A stretch of 64,000 bases of DNA from Rubripirellula sp. GTDB taxonomy: Bacteria; Planctomycetota; Planctomycetia; Pirellulales; Pirellulaceae. This document shows, in pieces, positions 28,304-39,229 of the stretch; within the stretch, counting starts at the first letter, position 1, and every line of letters begins with the position of its first letter. Below the pieces are notes generated by a model. It was not told the DNA's origin and did no database searches. It worked only from the letters and a program-made list of their open reading frames with translations. Where the stretch lies: NCBI GenBank assembly GCA_965216875.1, contig OZ244207.1, positions 3,616,001-3,680,000 on the forward strand, written 5' to 3'. The position numbers and the translations under genes were made by a program.

Positions 28304-30843
28304 ACACGCCCAACTTGCCCCCACATCGCTTGACCAGCGTCGCGCTGGCTTGCGGTTTTGTTGCTGCTTGCTGGATCGGTCAAACCTCTCTTGCTGACGA
28401 CCCGACGAGTCCCGACAGGAATTCTGTGGCCTTCAAGCGGGATGTGGCACCGCTGCTTCAACAGTTCTGCGTCGATTGCCATGGCGACGTGGAACAAAAA
28501 GGGGATCGCAATTTTGATGCCATCTCAGAGGTGATTGATGGCGATGAGTCACTCGTTGACTACCAGGACATTCTCGACCAACTCAACCTCGGCGAGATGC
28601 CGCCCGAAGATTCCGAGCAACCTTCGATTGCACAGCGCCGCCGAGCGATCAAAACGCTTACCCGTCTGATCAAAGACTACCATTCCAAGCACGCGAGGCA
28701 GAGCGGCCAAACGGTCCTGCGACGTCTTAACTCGCGCGAATACCTGTCGACGGTTCGCGATCTGCTTCACCTCGACGTCTCGGTCTTTGATCCTACGACG
28801 ACGTTCCCGCAAGACCAGACCGACGAACACCTCGACAACCTTGGTGACACATTGGTCACGTCGGGACATCTGCTTGCTCGCTACTTGGAAGCAGCCGATC
28901 AAGTCATCGAAAAAGCGATGCACCCGATCGAAAAGCCCAAAGTACAGACGTGGGTCTTTCGTGATGGTTTTCGGCAACAACCCGAAATTGACCAGGTCCA
29001 CAAAAAGACCAACTTCTTCAAGCACATGACCCTTTACGACGTCGTTGGCGCCGACAAACACGAAGGGGCTTACGGACCCATTCATGCGTTCGCCGAAGGC
29101 GTCCCGGTCGACGGAGTCTATGAGATCCGATTGAAGGCTCAAGCGGTCAATCGTGAACATCCCTACGATGTCGATTTTGTTGGCACCGACCCAAACGAAC
29201 CGCTTCGCCTGGGAATTGTGGCTGGCGACCACACCGCCGGAAACCTGCATCTGCCGCAACCGATCGAACCATTGCTGGCCGAGATTGAATTGGCGGACGA
29301 ACCCAAGTGGCATACCGTCAAGATCTGGTTGGACAAAGGGATCACGCCGCGGTTCACCTTCCGCAACGGCCTCATGGACGTTCGAAGCATGTGGGCGAAG
29401 TTGATCCGCAAGTACCCGGATCAATTCCCTAAGGATTCGCATAAAGGAATTGTTTCGGCACGCTTCAACGCGATCAAACATGGCAAGCTGCCACAAATCC
29501 ACATCGACGAAATTGAAATCCGCGGGCCAATCTACGAGCAGTGGCCAACCCCAAGTCAACGCGAGATCTTGGGCGACGACTGGCAAGACGTCGTTGAATC
29601 GGGCAACCTGCCCGAATCGCAAATGCGAAAACACTTGCGTCCTTTTTTGAAGCGAGCCTACCGCCGCCCAGTCGCAAAGGACGACGTCGATCGAATTGTT
29701 CAGGTCATTCGCAAACGGATGTCCGACGGCCGGTCACCTTTGGATGCCTACGGCGATGGACTTCGGGCCGCGCTCTGTTCACCCAACTTCCTTTACCTCG
29801 ATCCGAATCCGACTGCGGGCGAGCAAAGGGACGACCAACAGCTTTCTGCGTATGCACTTGCATCACGGCTTTCGTACTTCCTGTGGGCGTCCATGCCTGA
29901 CGAAGCATTGATGCGTCATGCCGATGACACGACGCTGCTCAAGCCCAATGTGCTTGCCGCGCAGGTCGAACGGATGCTCAAAGATCCGAAATCATCGGCC
30001 ATGGTCGACGGATTCCTTGGCAGCTGGCTAACGCTACGAGATTTGGGCGCCACCCCGCCCGACCGTGGCTCGTTTTCTGGGTATTACCGCCATGACCTTG
30101 ATGCGGCGATGCGAGAGGAAACGACGCAATTCACGCGTCATCTGATTGAGGAAAACCTGAGTCTTGATCATTTCCTTGACGCCGACTTCACGTTCGTCAA
30201 CAAGCCCTTGGCAAAACTGTACGGAATCGATCCGCCGGCCGGACACCAGTTCGAGAAGGTCTCGCTTACGGACCGACGGCGGGGCGGCTTGCTCGGTCAA
30301 GCAAGTGTCTTGACCGTCACCGCAAACGGCATCGACACCTCGCCGGTTGTGCGTGGCGTCTGGCTGCTTGAAAACATCCTTGGTACGCCGCCGACGCCTC
30401 CACCACCCGATGTCGAGCCGCTTGACCCTGACATTCGCGGCGCCAAGTCGATTCGTGACCAACTGCAAAAGCATCGCAACGTCCCCAGCTGCAATGATTG
30501 TCATCGCAAGATCGACCCGCTCGGTTTTGCACTCGAAAACTTCGACCCCATCGGCCGCTGGCGTGATGGTTATGGTCGTGGCGTGTCCGTCGATGCATCA
30601 GGCAAGTTGCCCAACGGCAAATCGTTTGATGACGTTCGAGGTCTCAAGGACGTCTTGCTCGACCAACGCGAATTGTTTGCCAGATCACTCACCGAAAAAC
30701 TGATGTCCTACTCGGTGGGCCGCCGAATGGAGCCGGGTGACCGCCCCCAAATTGATCGGGTCATTGATGAACTGGGCGAAAATGGCGGGATGCGCGACCT
30801 GATCCACCAGATCGTTCAAAGCGAACTCTTCCGAACGAAGTAA
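28300..30843 (+). CDS. DUF1592/DUF1588 protein with planctomycete cytochrome c motifs
   Basis: CVDCH, LRRLNSREY, LASRLSYFLWASMPD, TSPVVRGVW, CNDCH. Confidence 0.9.
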   Translation: MNTPNLPPHRLTSVALACGFVAACWIGQTSLADDPTSPDRNSVAFKRDVAPLLQQFCVDCHGDVEQKGDRNFDAISEVIDGDESLVDYQDILDQLNLGEMPPEDSEQPSIAQRRRAIKTLTRLIKDYHSKHARQSGQTVLRRLNSREYLSTVRDLLHLDVSVFDPTTTFPQDQTDEHLDNLGDTLVTSGHLLARYLEAADQVIEKAMHPIEKPKVQTWVFRDGFRQQPEIDQVHKKTNFFKHMTLYDVVGADKHEGAYGPIHAFAEGVPVDGVYEIRLKAQAVNREHPYDVDFVGTDPNEPLRLGIVAGDHTAGNLHLPQPIEPLLAEIELADEPKWHTVKIWLDKGITPRFTFRNGLMDVRSMWAKLIRKYPDQFPKDSHKGIVSARFNAIKHGKLPQIHIDEIEIRGPIYEQWPTPSQREILGDDWQDVVESGNLPESQMRKHLRPFLKRAYRRPVAKDDVDRIVQVIRKRMSDGRSPLDAYGDGLRAALCSPNFLYLDPNPTAGEQRDDQQLSAYALASRLSYFLWASMPDEALMRHADDTTLLKPNVLAAQVERMLKDPKSSAMVDGFLGSWLTLRDLGATPPDRGSFSGYYRHDLDAAMREETTQFTRHLIEENLSLDHFLDADFTFVNKPLAKLYGIDPPAGHQFEKVSLTDRRRGGLLGQASVLTVTANGIDTSPVVRGVWLLENILGTPPTPPPPDVEPLDPDIRGAKSIRDQLQKHRNVPSCNDCHRKIDPLGFALENFDPIGRWRDGYGRGVSVDASGKLPNGKSFDDVRGLKDVLLDQRELFARSLTEKLMSYSVGRRMEPGDRPQIDRVIDELGENGGMRDLIHQIVQSELFRTK

Positions 30844-30932
30844 ATTCTTCGTTCGCCAGTTCACCAATCGGATAGAATCTTGGGCATCGTGAGACGCTGA
30901 TTTGGCGTGGATTCATCCGATATGGGGATACG

Positions 30933-32204
30933 GTGATTCGACTCGAATGTTCCTTGGGGGCAATCGCTTGGGCAGCATTGCTAGGCGTTCTTCTGACGGC
31001 ACAGCCAGCCGATTCAGAAGATCGACTGGTGCGCATGTTGACTGCTCGCAACGAAGCGACTCGAATGCGCGCGTTGGACGACTTGGAACAAAGCGTTCAA
31101 AGACGCTATGACGCTGTCGACTCTCTTGTCGCAGCCGTCCAAATCCAATCCGAATCGGTTGACCAAACGCAAGTCCCAGCAAGCGTGATTCGACTGGTCG
31201 ACATGCTCGCGAAAATCGATTCTCCGGTCGCTCGATCCGCCTTGTTGGATCTGCTCGATTCGAACAACTCCGACTTTGTGATGCTTTGCAGCGACACGTT
31301 GGGCAAGCATCAAGTCTTTGAAGCGATCGAAAAAATCGGCCAATTGTCGCAACGCGAAGAGTACCAAAACCGGTATGCGTTTCGATTCAATCTGGTGCGC
31401 AGCCTTGCGATGATGAAACATCCCGATGCAATCGAGCAGTTGGGCCAGCTGCAACCGAAACTCGATGGGCAGCTGCGGTTCGAAATCGACAAGATCCTTT
31501 CCGATGTTACCGTCGATGATTTCCGAGGCGACCAAGCACGGTTCGAAAAATGGAAAAACCGCGAGGTTGAACCGGCCAAAAAAACGAGTGGGATTTTCAA
31601 ACCCGCGAGCACCAAGGGCGCAGGCCCAAACCCGGACGACTATCTGGACGAAGACCGAATCAAGCTCAGACGCCCACAGTACTACGGCATCGAAATCCAA
31701 GCCCAACGTGTTCTGTTTGTCTTGGATCGCTCGGGCAGCATGCGGGCGATGACGAACTATGGCACTCGATTGTTTCGAGCCAAGCAAGAGTTGATTAAGG
31801 CGATTACGGAACTTCCCGAGGACGCCGAGTTTGCGATCGTTGCCTTTGACACCAGCATACGTCCCTGGCGTGAAGAGCTTTCGGAAGCGAACGACAAGAA
31901 CAAACGGGCCGCCATCACCTACGTGCAACGGCTCCAGTACGGAAGTGACACCAACACCTATGGTGCATTGCGCCGTGCACTCGATTTCGACGATGATCTT
32001 GAAGCCGTCTACTTGCTCACCGATGGCAAACCAACGCGAGGCCAAGTGATCCGGCCCGCCGAGATCACTCGCGATATCATCCACCGCAACCGCTGGCGTC
32101 ACCTCAATTTCAACACCATTGGCATCTCGGTTGGAGGGCAAACGGAGATCTTTCTCCGAAACCTCGCCGAAAACACCGGCGGCGAATTCCGCGCCGCAAA
32201 CTAG
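30933..32204 (+). CDS. HEAT-repeat plus vWA domain protein
   Basis: FVLDRSGSM MIDAS motif, TNTYGAL, LLTDGKP. Confidence 0.85.
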   Translation: MIRLECSLGAIAWAALLGVLLTAQPADSEDRLVRMLTARNEATRMRALDDLEQSVQRRYDAVDSLVAAVQIQSESVDQTQVPASVIRLVDMLAKIDSPVARSALLDLLDSNNSDFVMLCSDTLGKHQVFEAIEKIGQLSQREEYQNRYAFRFNLVRSLAMMKHPDAIEQLGQLQPKLDGQLRFEIDKILSDVTVDDFRGDQARFEKWKNREVEPAKKTSGIFKPASTKGAGPNPDDYLDEDRIKLRRPQYYGIEIQAQRVLFVLDRSGSMRAMTNYGTRLFRAKQELIKAITELPEDAEFAIVAFDTSIRPWREELSEANDKNKRAAITYVQRLQYGSDTNTYGALRRALDFDDDLEAVYLLTDGKPTRGQVIRPAEITRDIIHRNRWRHLNFNTIGISVGGQTEIFLRNLAENTGGEFRAAN

Positions 32205-32368
32205 CGCCAAGTGAGCCGCGATCGCGTGAGCGGCTGGGCCTTAATCGACTTCACACTCGCTGCGCGTCGGCAAGGGCCCGAGGCCTGACGGCCAGCGGCT
32301 CACGGGCACTGCCCAAACTGCGCAAGAAGTTGCTCTGGTGGCACCAAGATTGCAATCCGCAGCACTAG

Positions 32369-32818
32369 CTAGTGATAGCCTTCCGCTTGGGCAATCGCTT
32401 GAGCAACCTCGTCACTCGACGGGTCACGGTCGAAATAGCGTGCAAACGGATACGGCCCTTCCTGCCCTTCGATCCATGTAATGCAAATCTCGGGCGTTTG
32501 CCATTTGGATGAATCGTCCGAAGCTCTCCTCTCAGCGCAAACTAATCGACACCCCCCTGGCTGATCCAACAAGTCGGTTTGCACAAACCAAACGAATTCA
32601 ACCTTGCCCGCAGGGTGTGAATGTCTTGATCCGGACTGAACGACTTCAATGATTGACGTACTCGGAATCTCGAGGTCGCGGCGCACGGAATCAACGTCGA
32701 CGCGTGGCCAATAGAGGATGGCCAGAAGGGCAACGGCCACCCCCGCCGCGAGCAAGGCGGAAATACGAAGCCACGTTAGGCTAGAACTTTGCGATCCGCT
32801 GCTATCTCGCCAAATCAT
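32369..32818 (-). CDS. hypothetical protein with N-terminal TM segment
   Basis: 149-aa ATG ORF with a hydrophobic anchor. Confidence 0.55.
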   Translation of the reverse strand: MIWRDSSGSQSSSLTWLRISALLAAGVAVALLAILYWPRVDVDSVRRDLEIPSTSIIEVVQSGSRHSHPAGKVEFVWFVQTDLLDQPGGCRLVCAERRASDDSSKWQTPEICITWIEGQEGPYPFARYFDRDPSSDEVAQAIAQAEGYH

Positions 32819-32924
32819 TGGGTGACACCCTCGTCACAAAGAGTTGGCCGTCGGACACGTTATGATCAAGTTCAGTTTACGACGCGAGCGGCGTCTCGTT
32901 CAAACGACAGCACGGTTTACCCTC

Positions 32925-33302
32925 TTACGATTCCTCAAGTAGCCATTTGAGGGCCGCGACCTCGTCGCGAAAGATCTGGAATTCGTCGCCTGCATCGGCG
33001 ACCGAAATCCACATTCGCGCCATTCCAAAAACGACCGGACTGCTGACCAGCGTTGCCACACGCGTGCCGGAAATGCGTCGACGCAATTCGGACTGCCGAG
33101 ACACCAAGCGGCGCATTTCGTGAATTTGAAAACTGCCGACTTTCAGTTCCCGATGGTCGGCAAGAACGGGCAAGCCGGTCTCATACTCCGTTGACTCAAA
33201 GACAGATGCGAACCCCGCCTCAAGGGCGTCGACATTTGCAACGCCGCGTGTGCGGAGCCACATGAATTGCCCGCCGGTGTCCTTGTCGACCTCAAATTCC
33301 AT
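32925..33302 (-). CDS. SpoIIAA-like (STAS/SEC14) small protein
   Basis: VLADHREL, RVATLVSSPVVFGMARMW, FRDEVAALKWL. Confidence 0.6.
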   Translation of the reverse strand: MEFEVDKDTGGQFMWLRTRGVANVDALEAGFASVFESTEYETGLPVLADHRELKVGSFQIHEMRRLVSRQSELRRRISGTRVATLVSSPVVFGMARMWISVADAGDEFQIFRDEVAALKWLLEES

Positions 33303-33543
33303 CGTCTCAATCCGTTGGTCCTATCAACCGCCCCATCGCAGTCCCAAAGAAATATAGCGACATACGTACCGGGAGGGCGAGACTGCAGCCCTGTCGGCGC
33401 CGTTTGGAGTACCGCCTTCAGGCGGATCGTGAGAAGATTCCGGCTAAAGCTCGGTACTACCAACCCAAACCGCAAATGGCTCCGCAGGAGCGTCGCCCTC
33501 CCGCTATCTCGATCGCGGCTCATGTCAGATGAGCGAGACCACA

Positions 33544-34656
33544 CTAGCTGATGCCCCAACCCGCTTTCTTTTCGCTGAGGTAATCGTCGAAGCGGTCCTC
33601 TTCGATGGCGTCTCGGGCGCCCTGCATCACTCGCTGGTAGTAGGTCAGGTTATGAATCGACAACAGAATCGGCCCCAACATCTCGCCAGCAACGAACAGG
33701 TGCCTCAAGTACCCACGACTGTGGCGACAGGCCAAACAGGGGCAATCTTCTTCGAGTGGCCGGGTGTCTTCACGATGGATGGCGTTGCGCAGTTTGAGCG
33801 ATCCGCCATCAGTAAATGCCAAACCGTTTCGGCCATTGCGTGTGGGCATCACACAATCAAACAAGTCGATCCCTCGTTTGACGTTTTCCAATAGATCGAT
33901 TGGTCGACCGACGCCCATCAAGTAGCGAGGCTTGTTGACGGGAAGCTCGGGGCATGTCACACCGGTGATGCGATACATTTCGTCGGGCTCTTCGCCGACA
34001 CTCAATCCACCGACTGCGAAACCGCCGAATTCCATCGAGGCGAGTTCGCGGGCACAGTCAACGCGGAGCTGAGCGTCCAATCCACCCTGGACGATTGCAA
34101 ACAACGTTTGGTCGTCGCGTTTTGCAGCTTCCAAACAACGCTTGGCCCAACGGATCGACCGTTCGGTCGCATCGGCCACCGCATCCTTTTCGGCCGGGAG
34201 TGCGATCACATGATCCAAAACCATCGCCACGTCACTGCCAAGCGCCTCTTGGATCTCGATCGAACGCTCGGGCGTCAGCTTGATCACGGCACCGTCGATG
34301 TGACTCTTGAACGTCGCCGCCTCTTCAGTGACTTCGTTGATCGCATCGAGACTAAAAACTTGAAAGCCGCCACTGTCCGTTAGGATCGGGCCTTCCCAGC
34401 CCGACATCGCGTGGAGCCCACCGAGCTTGCGAACGGTGTCGGGCCCGGGCCGCAGTGCCAAGTGGTAGGTGTTGCCCAGGATCATGTGAGCGCCGGTTGC
34501 GCGCACTTGATCGATCGTCACGCCCTTGACGGTCCCTTGAGTCCCGACGGGCATGAAGCCTGGCGTTTGCACTTCGCCATGTGGCGTCAAAAAAAGACCG
34601 CGACGCGCCTCACAGGTCGCATCGCGGTGCTTGAGTTGGAATTCGAATCGGCTCAT
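33544..34656 (-). CDS. tgt: tRNA guanosine(34) transglycosylase
   Basis: [44 protein letters not shown]. Confidence 0.97.
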   Translation of the reverse strand: MSRFEFQLKHRDATCEARRGLFLTPHGEVQTPGFMPVGTQGTVKGVTIDQVRATGAHMILGNTYHLALRPGPDTVRKLGGLHAMSGWEGPILTDSGGFQVFSLDAINEVTEEAATFKSHIDGAVIKLTPERSIEIQEALGSDVAMVLDHVIALPAEKDAVADATERSIRWAKRCLEAAKRDDQTLFAIVQGGLDAQLRVDCARELASMEFGGFAVGGLSVGEEPDEMYRITGVTCPELPVNKPRYLMGVGRPIDLLENVKRGIDLFDCVMPTRNGRNGLAFTDGGSLKLRNAIHREDTRPLEEDCPCLACRHSRGYLRHLFVAGEMLGPILLSIHNLTYYQRVMQGARDAIEEDRFDDYLSEKKAGWGIS

Positions 34657-34666
34657 CGAGAGAGGA

Positions 34667-35998
34667 TCAATCGCCTCGCATCTTCAACCCGAGGTCGGCA
34701 AGCTTTTCGCGAACTTCGTTCAAGCTTGTCACACCAAAGTTCTTGCACTCGAGCATGTCGTCACCCGTCTTGCGGATCAATTCGCCAATGGAATTAAGCT
34801 GCAAACGAGCCATGCACTTGCGAGCACGCACTGAGAGGTTCAGATCCGAGATGGGACGCTCCAGCAATGCCTGCTCGTCTGCCGACATATGGCTGGTGTC
34901 GATCGGTGGATCGCTGCTCTTCTTTTCGTGAGCGAACTGCCCAAGCGACAGCCCCTTGGACTGCAGCATTTCGCGGATTTCGAACAGGCTCGTCTCGCCA
35001 AAGTTCTTGCTGCTGAGCAATTCGGACTCGGTCGTTCGAGTCAGATCGCCGATGGTCTCGATGCCCATCTTGTGCAGACAATTGCGGCTGCGAACGCTCA
35101 GTTCGAAGTTGGTCACAGGCATGTTCAACGTCTGCGCCAAGCGGTCGTTGCGACGCTGAGCTTCTTCGTCGTAGTACATGTTGCCGTTGGCCGACGCGTC
35201 CTTCATGTAAAGAAGCGTCTGTGGATGATCGGGATGGCAATCCAGGATTCGCTTGTAGCACATCTGTGCCTTGTCGAATTGGTTGTTGTCCTCGTAGATC
35301 AAACCAAGGTTGATCAAGGCACCCAAACCGGTTGGGAAAGCTTTGGCAGCTCGTTCATACAGATTCAACGATTCTTCGTCGTTGCCCATGCGGTCGTATT
35401 CGAGAGCCAAACCAAACAAAGCACCCGCGTGGTTCTCGTCGGTCTGGACGGCGCGTTGGTAGAAGTTGATCGCTTCTTCCATGCGGCCACCAACCGCAGC
35501 GATGGTCGCCGCTCGTTGGTACATGTAATCGGCGGTTTGTTCGGCAGGCCCGAAGATGTTGTCGAGAATCGTCAACGCTTGCTCGACACGGCCCGCGTAG
35601 CGATGAGCTTCTGCGATGCCAATCTTGCATTGGTCTTCGTTGTAGCCCGATTTCTGAGCTTGCTCGTAAGCTCCAATCGACTCTTCGTACCGTCCCAACT
35701 CGAACTGGCAACGAGCTTGGTAGAACAAGGCCATCGCGCTGCCGTCGGCCGAACCGAGGGTTTCCAGCGAGTCCTTGAACTTGCCCAGCAAGAACTGGCA
35801 CACGCCCATTTTGGTCTTGCCCGCAGGACTGAGTGACATGTCGGCTTCCATTTCGCCAACCGCGTCACGCAATTCACCGAAGTGACCATAGTTTTCGGTA
35901 ATTGCAGATCGAATTGCCCCCACGTCTGCAGGGCCAAACGAATTATTTGAAAGAACCATTTCCTTCAAGTCGAGCACATCAAGTTCGACTTCGCTCAT
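34667..35998 (-). CDS. TPR-repeat protein with two RNA polymerase alpha C-terminal domains
   Basis: TPRs, then [21 protein letters not shown] and [21 protein letters not shown]. Confidence 0.88.
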   Translation of the reverse strand: MSEVELDVLDLKEMVLSNNSFGPADVGAIRSAITENYGHFGELRDAVGEMEADMSLSPAGKTKMGVCQFLLGKFKDSLETLGSADGSAMALFYQARCQFELGRYEESIGAYEQAQKSGYNEDQCKIGIAEAHRYAGRVEQALTILDNIFGPAEQTADYMYQRAATIAAVGGRMEEAINFYQRAVQTDENHAGALFGLALEYDRMGNDEESLNLYERAAKAFPTGLGALINLGLIYEDNNQFDKAQMCYKRILDCHPDHPQTLLYMKDASANGNMYYDEEAQRRNDRLAQTLNMPVTNFELSVRSRNCLHKMGIETIGDLTRTTESELLSSKNFGETSLFEIREMLQSKGLSLGQFAHEKKSSDPPIDTSHMSADEQALLERPISDLNLSVRARKCMARLQLNSIGELIRKTGDDMLECKNFGVTSLNEVREKLADLGLKMRGD

Positions 35999-36074
35999 CG
36001 AGATGAGTCTCCCGCCCCAAAGGGCAATCGAGTCAGTTTTTGCGAGGATTCGCAGTGTTTAGGCACACCTAAAA

Positions 36075-36148
36075 AGCCAGCGGCGGGATTTGAACCCGCA
36101 ACCCTCGCATTACGAATGCGATGCTCTGCCAATTGAAGCTACGCTGGC
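36075..36148 (-). tRNA. tRNA-Thr(CGT)
   Basis: GCCAGCG acceptor stem, TCGCA-TTCGTAA-TGCGA anticodon arm, GGTTCAAATCC T-loop; CCA not encoded. Confidence 0.95.
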
Positions 36149-36338
36149 GGCAGTGGGTTGTGGGAGCCGAGCGTCCGTACAATACGCGTGCCAAACTCCT
36201 ACACAATCCTCAAGAAAATACGTTTTCGATGGGAATATCGTCAAGAGGCAAGAGAATGGCCACTGATAGCAATTCAGCGATCGGGCCGGCTCCTGCAGGC
36301 GATTTTGCCGTCTTTTACGGGCTATCGCCTCGTTTTCA

Positions 36339-39224
36339 TCATGATCCAGACCCATTTTCTAGCAACTCGGTGATCGCCTTTTTCATTTCAGCGACCATTT
36401 TTGGGCCTCCGCCGACGTAAAGCCGAGCAATTTTCCCGTCAGGACCGACGATCACCATTTGAGGAATCGCTCGCGCCTCGTACCGATGAGCCGCCACGCC
36501 GTCGAGGTCCAGAGCGACCGGAACTTCCATCTCGTGACGCTCCATCACCGCTTTGACGTGGTCGGCCGGTTCTTCGAGATTGACCGAAACGAGTCGCACC
36601 ATCGCAGGATCGAACTCCGCAATCGCCTCTTCCACCAGAGGCATTGTCTGCATGCAGGGAGCACACCAGGTGGCCCAGAAATCCAAGACCACGATCTTGC
36701 CCTTCTGCTCACTCAATACGAATCGGTCACCGTCGAGCATGTCGAGCTTGATCTCGGGGGCCTCCTGACCAATCAACGTCGATTCCGAACCCACCGGTGG
36801 AGCCTCGCCGCCCGCGGAAGCGGAAGCCATCTTCGGTTCCACCGCAGAATGCAATACCCACTTGTTGTAGGGCAAGGACGAAACGGCTTGACCGATACCT
36901 TCGCCAAACAAAATTTGATCGACATCACGCAAGTCGAAGTTACAAAAGCCGACGACATCGCTGCGACCGGTGATCGCATCACCATCGACCGATTCAGGAT
37001 CAAAGGTTACCCGTTTGCCATCTCGCTTGAGGACCTGGGCCATATGCAAGAAGGGTGATTCCGTTTCGGGCTCTTTGTTTTCTTGAGCAGCCTTCTGCTG
37101 TTTCAACAAATCTTCGGGATGAAACCAAATGATTTGCGAGATACGACTTAGCGGAATGTCATATTCGTCTAGTTGCACTTCAACGCGAATCGAGTCATCA
37201 CGATAATTCAATAGTCGACACCGTAAGAAGTCGCCGTTTCGCGAACACAACAAATGGGTTGGTGGCGACGGTTTTTGCAAACGAGGCAACGTAAGCAGGC
37301 GTTCTTTTTTCGCCTCCTTCAGACTTGGCGGCGAGACGTTCACCACCCACTCGATCGCCTTGACCTTGTGATGCGGTACGACAGTGTTGTCGGCCCAAGA
37401 GGTTGAAAGATGCACGCCCTGTTCATCAATCGCTTGCACGAGGCAGGGAATCACATCACCCGAGCGAACATGCAAACGATGGGCATCGGGTCCGACGGGC
37501 GTCGCAGCGCTCTTGCTGTCGACCTTTTGCAAAAACAGCTTTCCGAAATTGAGTCCACGCTTTTGTTGTTGAACTCGAAGGCGTTGCATTTGAAGCGCGC
37601 GTTCGGCTGCCGCCGCGGACGAGGGGCTCGGCTTCGGAGGTGGGTCACGATAAACGATGCGGCCATCAGCCTCGTGTTTCAGGGTCGAGGCGCCAACGCA
37701 GCCAAAGCCTTGCCAACGAAACGTTGACATCCCTTTGTCGGCATCCTCGATCGCGGTCACTAACCGACCAGAAAGTTTGTGAGGGCCAAGTTCCAAACGC
37801 CCCGCGCGTCCGGTCGCTTCCGCATCCGCTCCGACCGGTTCACGTTGCATCACGATCAAAGTTCGCGCCATCTCGGCTGGCACGGAGATTTCGCCCTCAA
37901 CCTCATCACTTCGCATCACCCAATGTTTTTCGGTGACCCGTTGAACGCGTCCCGAAATACGAGTGCCATCATGCAAGAAAAGGCTCATCGGCAATTCGGA
38001 CGTTTCGTTCGGTTCGTGCGTCACCTTGACGGCGACCACATCGCCGATCGCGATGGGAACCTCTTCGGCTTCGCTGGTGACGATGAGGTTGCCCGCATCG
38101 ACGTCAAGTCTTACCGCATCGCCTGAGGTGATTGCACCATCGACGCGGGCGACGGCAATGTTCCCGCCCGATGTCGCTTTGGGAAGATTCCCCGACCAGC
38201 GAGAAATCCTGAGTCGTTCCAGCCGCACGGTGCCATGACGGTTGATCAGTCGAATGCCTCGGCCCAACTCGCGTTTGCCGACATCCTCTTTGGGCGGTGC
38301 CAGTTCGGCGAGTTTTGTGCCATCGGGTCGATAGATCATGATCTTGCCCGCTGACTGGTCGAGATACACCAGCAAACGAATCCCGGTTTTGTCCGCGAGC
38401 GAATCGACTTTTTCGACGTCAGCGGCTCGTTCATATTCACGCATGACCGCCAGCGTCTGGCCAAACGTTTCCAATCGCCAACCATCGGTGCGTTTGTCTT
38501 CGTCGCTGTCGTGATCGGCTGCGATCGCAACCATGAAATTGGGCTTTCCGACCCAAGAAAGCTCGATTTCGATCATCGCGCGATCGGGGACATCGAGATC
38601 GCCATTGATCGTCGCATCGTCCTTGTCGCTCCAGATCTGAGCACCGTCTTCTTGCCAGCCGACGGGATCCCAATTGGTTGTCGACCAGTCTTGAATACCG
38701 GCCAAACTTGCAAACACGAGCGTTGGGTTCTCTTCAAGGCGATACATCCGGCGAAGTGAGGCGGCTTTGACCTTCACCTTGCCAAACTGCTCCGATTGAA
38801 ACGTCAGCGTGGTATCGTCCCACGCGACCAAGTCACCCGACATCAAATCACCACTGACCAATTCAAAAGCGAACTGGCCTTGCTGTGTCATTCGCTGGCG
38901 GGCGGGTGGGAATTTGATCGACTTGATCGCATCGGTCAAAACTTGCATCGGCTCGACGAATGCATCGCCATGCCAAGTGATTGACTTTTCGGACGTCGAT
39001 ACACCGATTTCGCCTGCAATGGTGTTGCCATTGATCAGCGAAACGACGCCCGTCGTCTTCTCCGGAACGGGCTGAGCTTCGACGTCGCTCGTCTCTTCGC
39101 CCTTGTTCTCGGTCGTCGCCCCAAAATCCTCACCGATTCGGACGGCGCGAATTTGCTGCGCAGCCAAGCTGGCCGTCATCAGCAACAATATCGAAAACGG
39201 CAGCGTGAATCGAACCAGCTTCAT
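36339..39224 (-). CDS. large secreted protein with C-terminal TlpA-like thioredoxin domain
   Basis: Signal peptide; VVLDFWATWCAPC. Confidence 0.85.
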   Translation of the reverse strand: MKLVRFTLPFSILLLMTASLAAQQIRAVRIGEDFGATTENKGEETSDVEAQPVPEKTTGVVSLINGNTIAGEIGVSTSEKSITWHGDAFVEPMQVLTDAIKSIKFPPARQRMTQQGQFAFELVSGDLMSGDLVAWDDTTLTFQSEQFGKVKVKAASLRRMYRLEENPTLVFASLAGIQDWSTTNWDPVGWQEDGAQIWSDKDDATINGDLDVPDRAMIEIELSWVGKPNFMVAIAADHDSDEDKRTDGWRLETFGQTLAVMREYERAADVEKVDSLADKTGIRLLVYLDQSAGKIMIYRPDGTKLAELAPPKEDVGKRELGRGIRLINRHGTVRLERLRISRWSGNLPKATSGGNIAVARVDGAITSGDAVRLDVDAGNLIVTSEAEEVPIAIGDVVAVKVTHEPNETSELPMSLFLHDGTRISGRVQRVTEKHWVMRSDEVEGEISVPAEMARTLIVMQREPVGADAEATGRAGRLELGPHKLSGRLVTAIEDADKGMSTFRWQGFGCVGASTLKHEADGRIVYRDPPPKPSPSSAAAAERALQMQRLRVQQQKRGLNFGKLFLQKVDSKSAATPVGPDAHRLHVRSGDVIPCLVQAIDEQGVHLSTSWADNTVVPHHKVKAIEWVVNVSPPSLKEAKKERLLTLPRLQKPSPPTHLLCSRNGDFLRCRLLNYRDDSIRVEVQLDEYDIPLSRISQIIWFHPEDLLKQQKAAQENKEPETESPFLHMAQVLKRDGKRVTFDPESVDGDAITGRSDVVGFCNFDLRDVDQILFGEGIGQAVSSLPYNKWVLHSAVEPKMASASAGGEAPPVGSESTLIGQEAPEIKLDMLDGDRFVLSEQKGKIVVLDFWATWCAPCMQTMPLVEEAIAEFDPAMVRLVSVNLEEPADHVKAVMERHEMEVPVALDLDGVAAHRYEARAIPQMVIVGPDGKIARLYVGGGPKMVAEMKKAITELLENGSGS

Positions 39225-39229
39225 CGCAA

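Noticed and set aside
34667..35998. Calling this gene rpoA
   Set aside because: No alpha N-terminal domain; TPRs instead, and outside the rpsM-rpsK-rplQ context
36075..36148. tRNA-Sec or an integration site
   Set aside because: Anticodon is CGT with a short variable arm; no integrase or duplicated tRNA 3' end seen here or at tRNA-Gly
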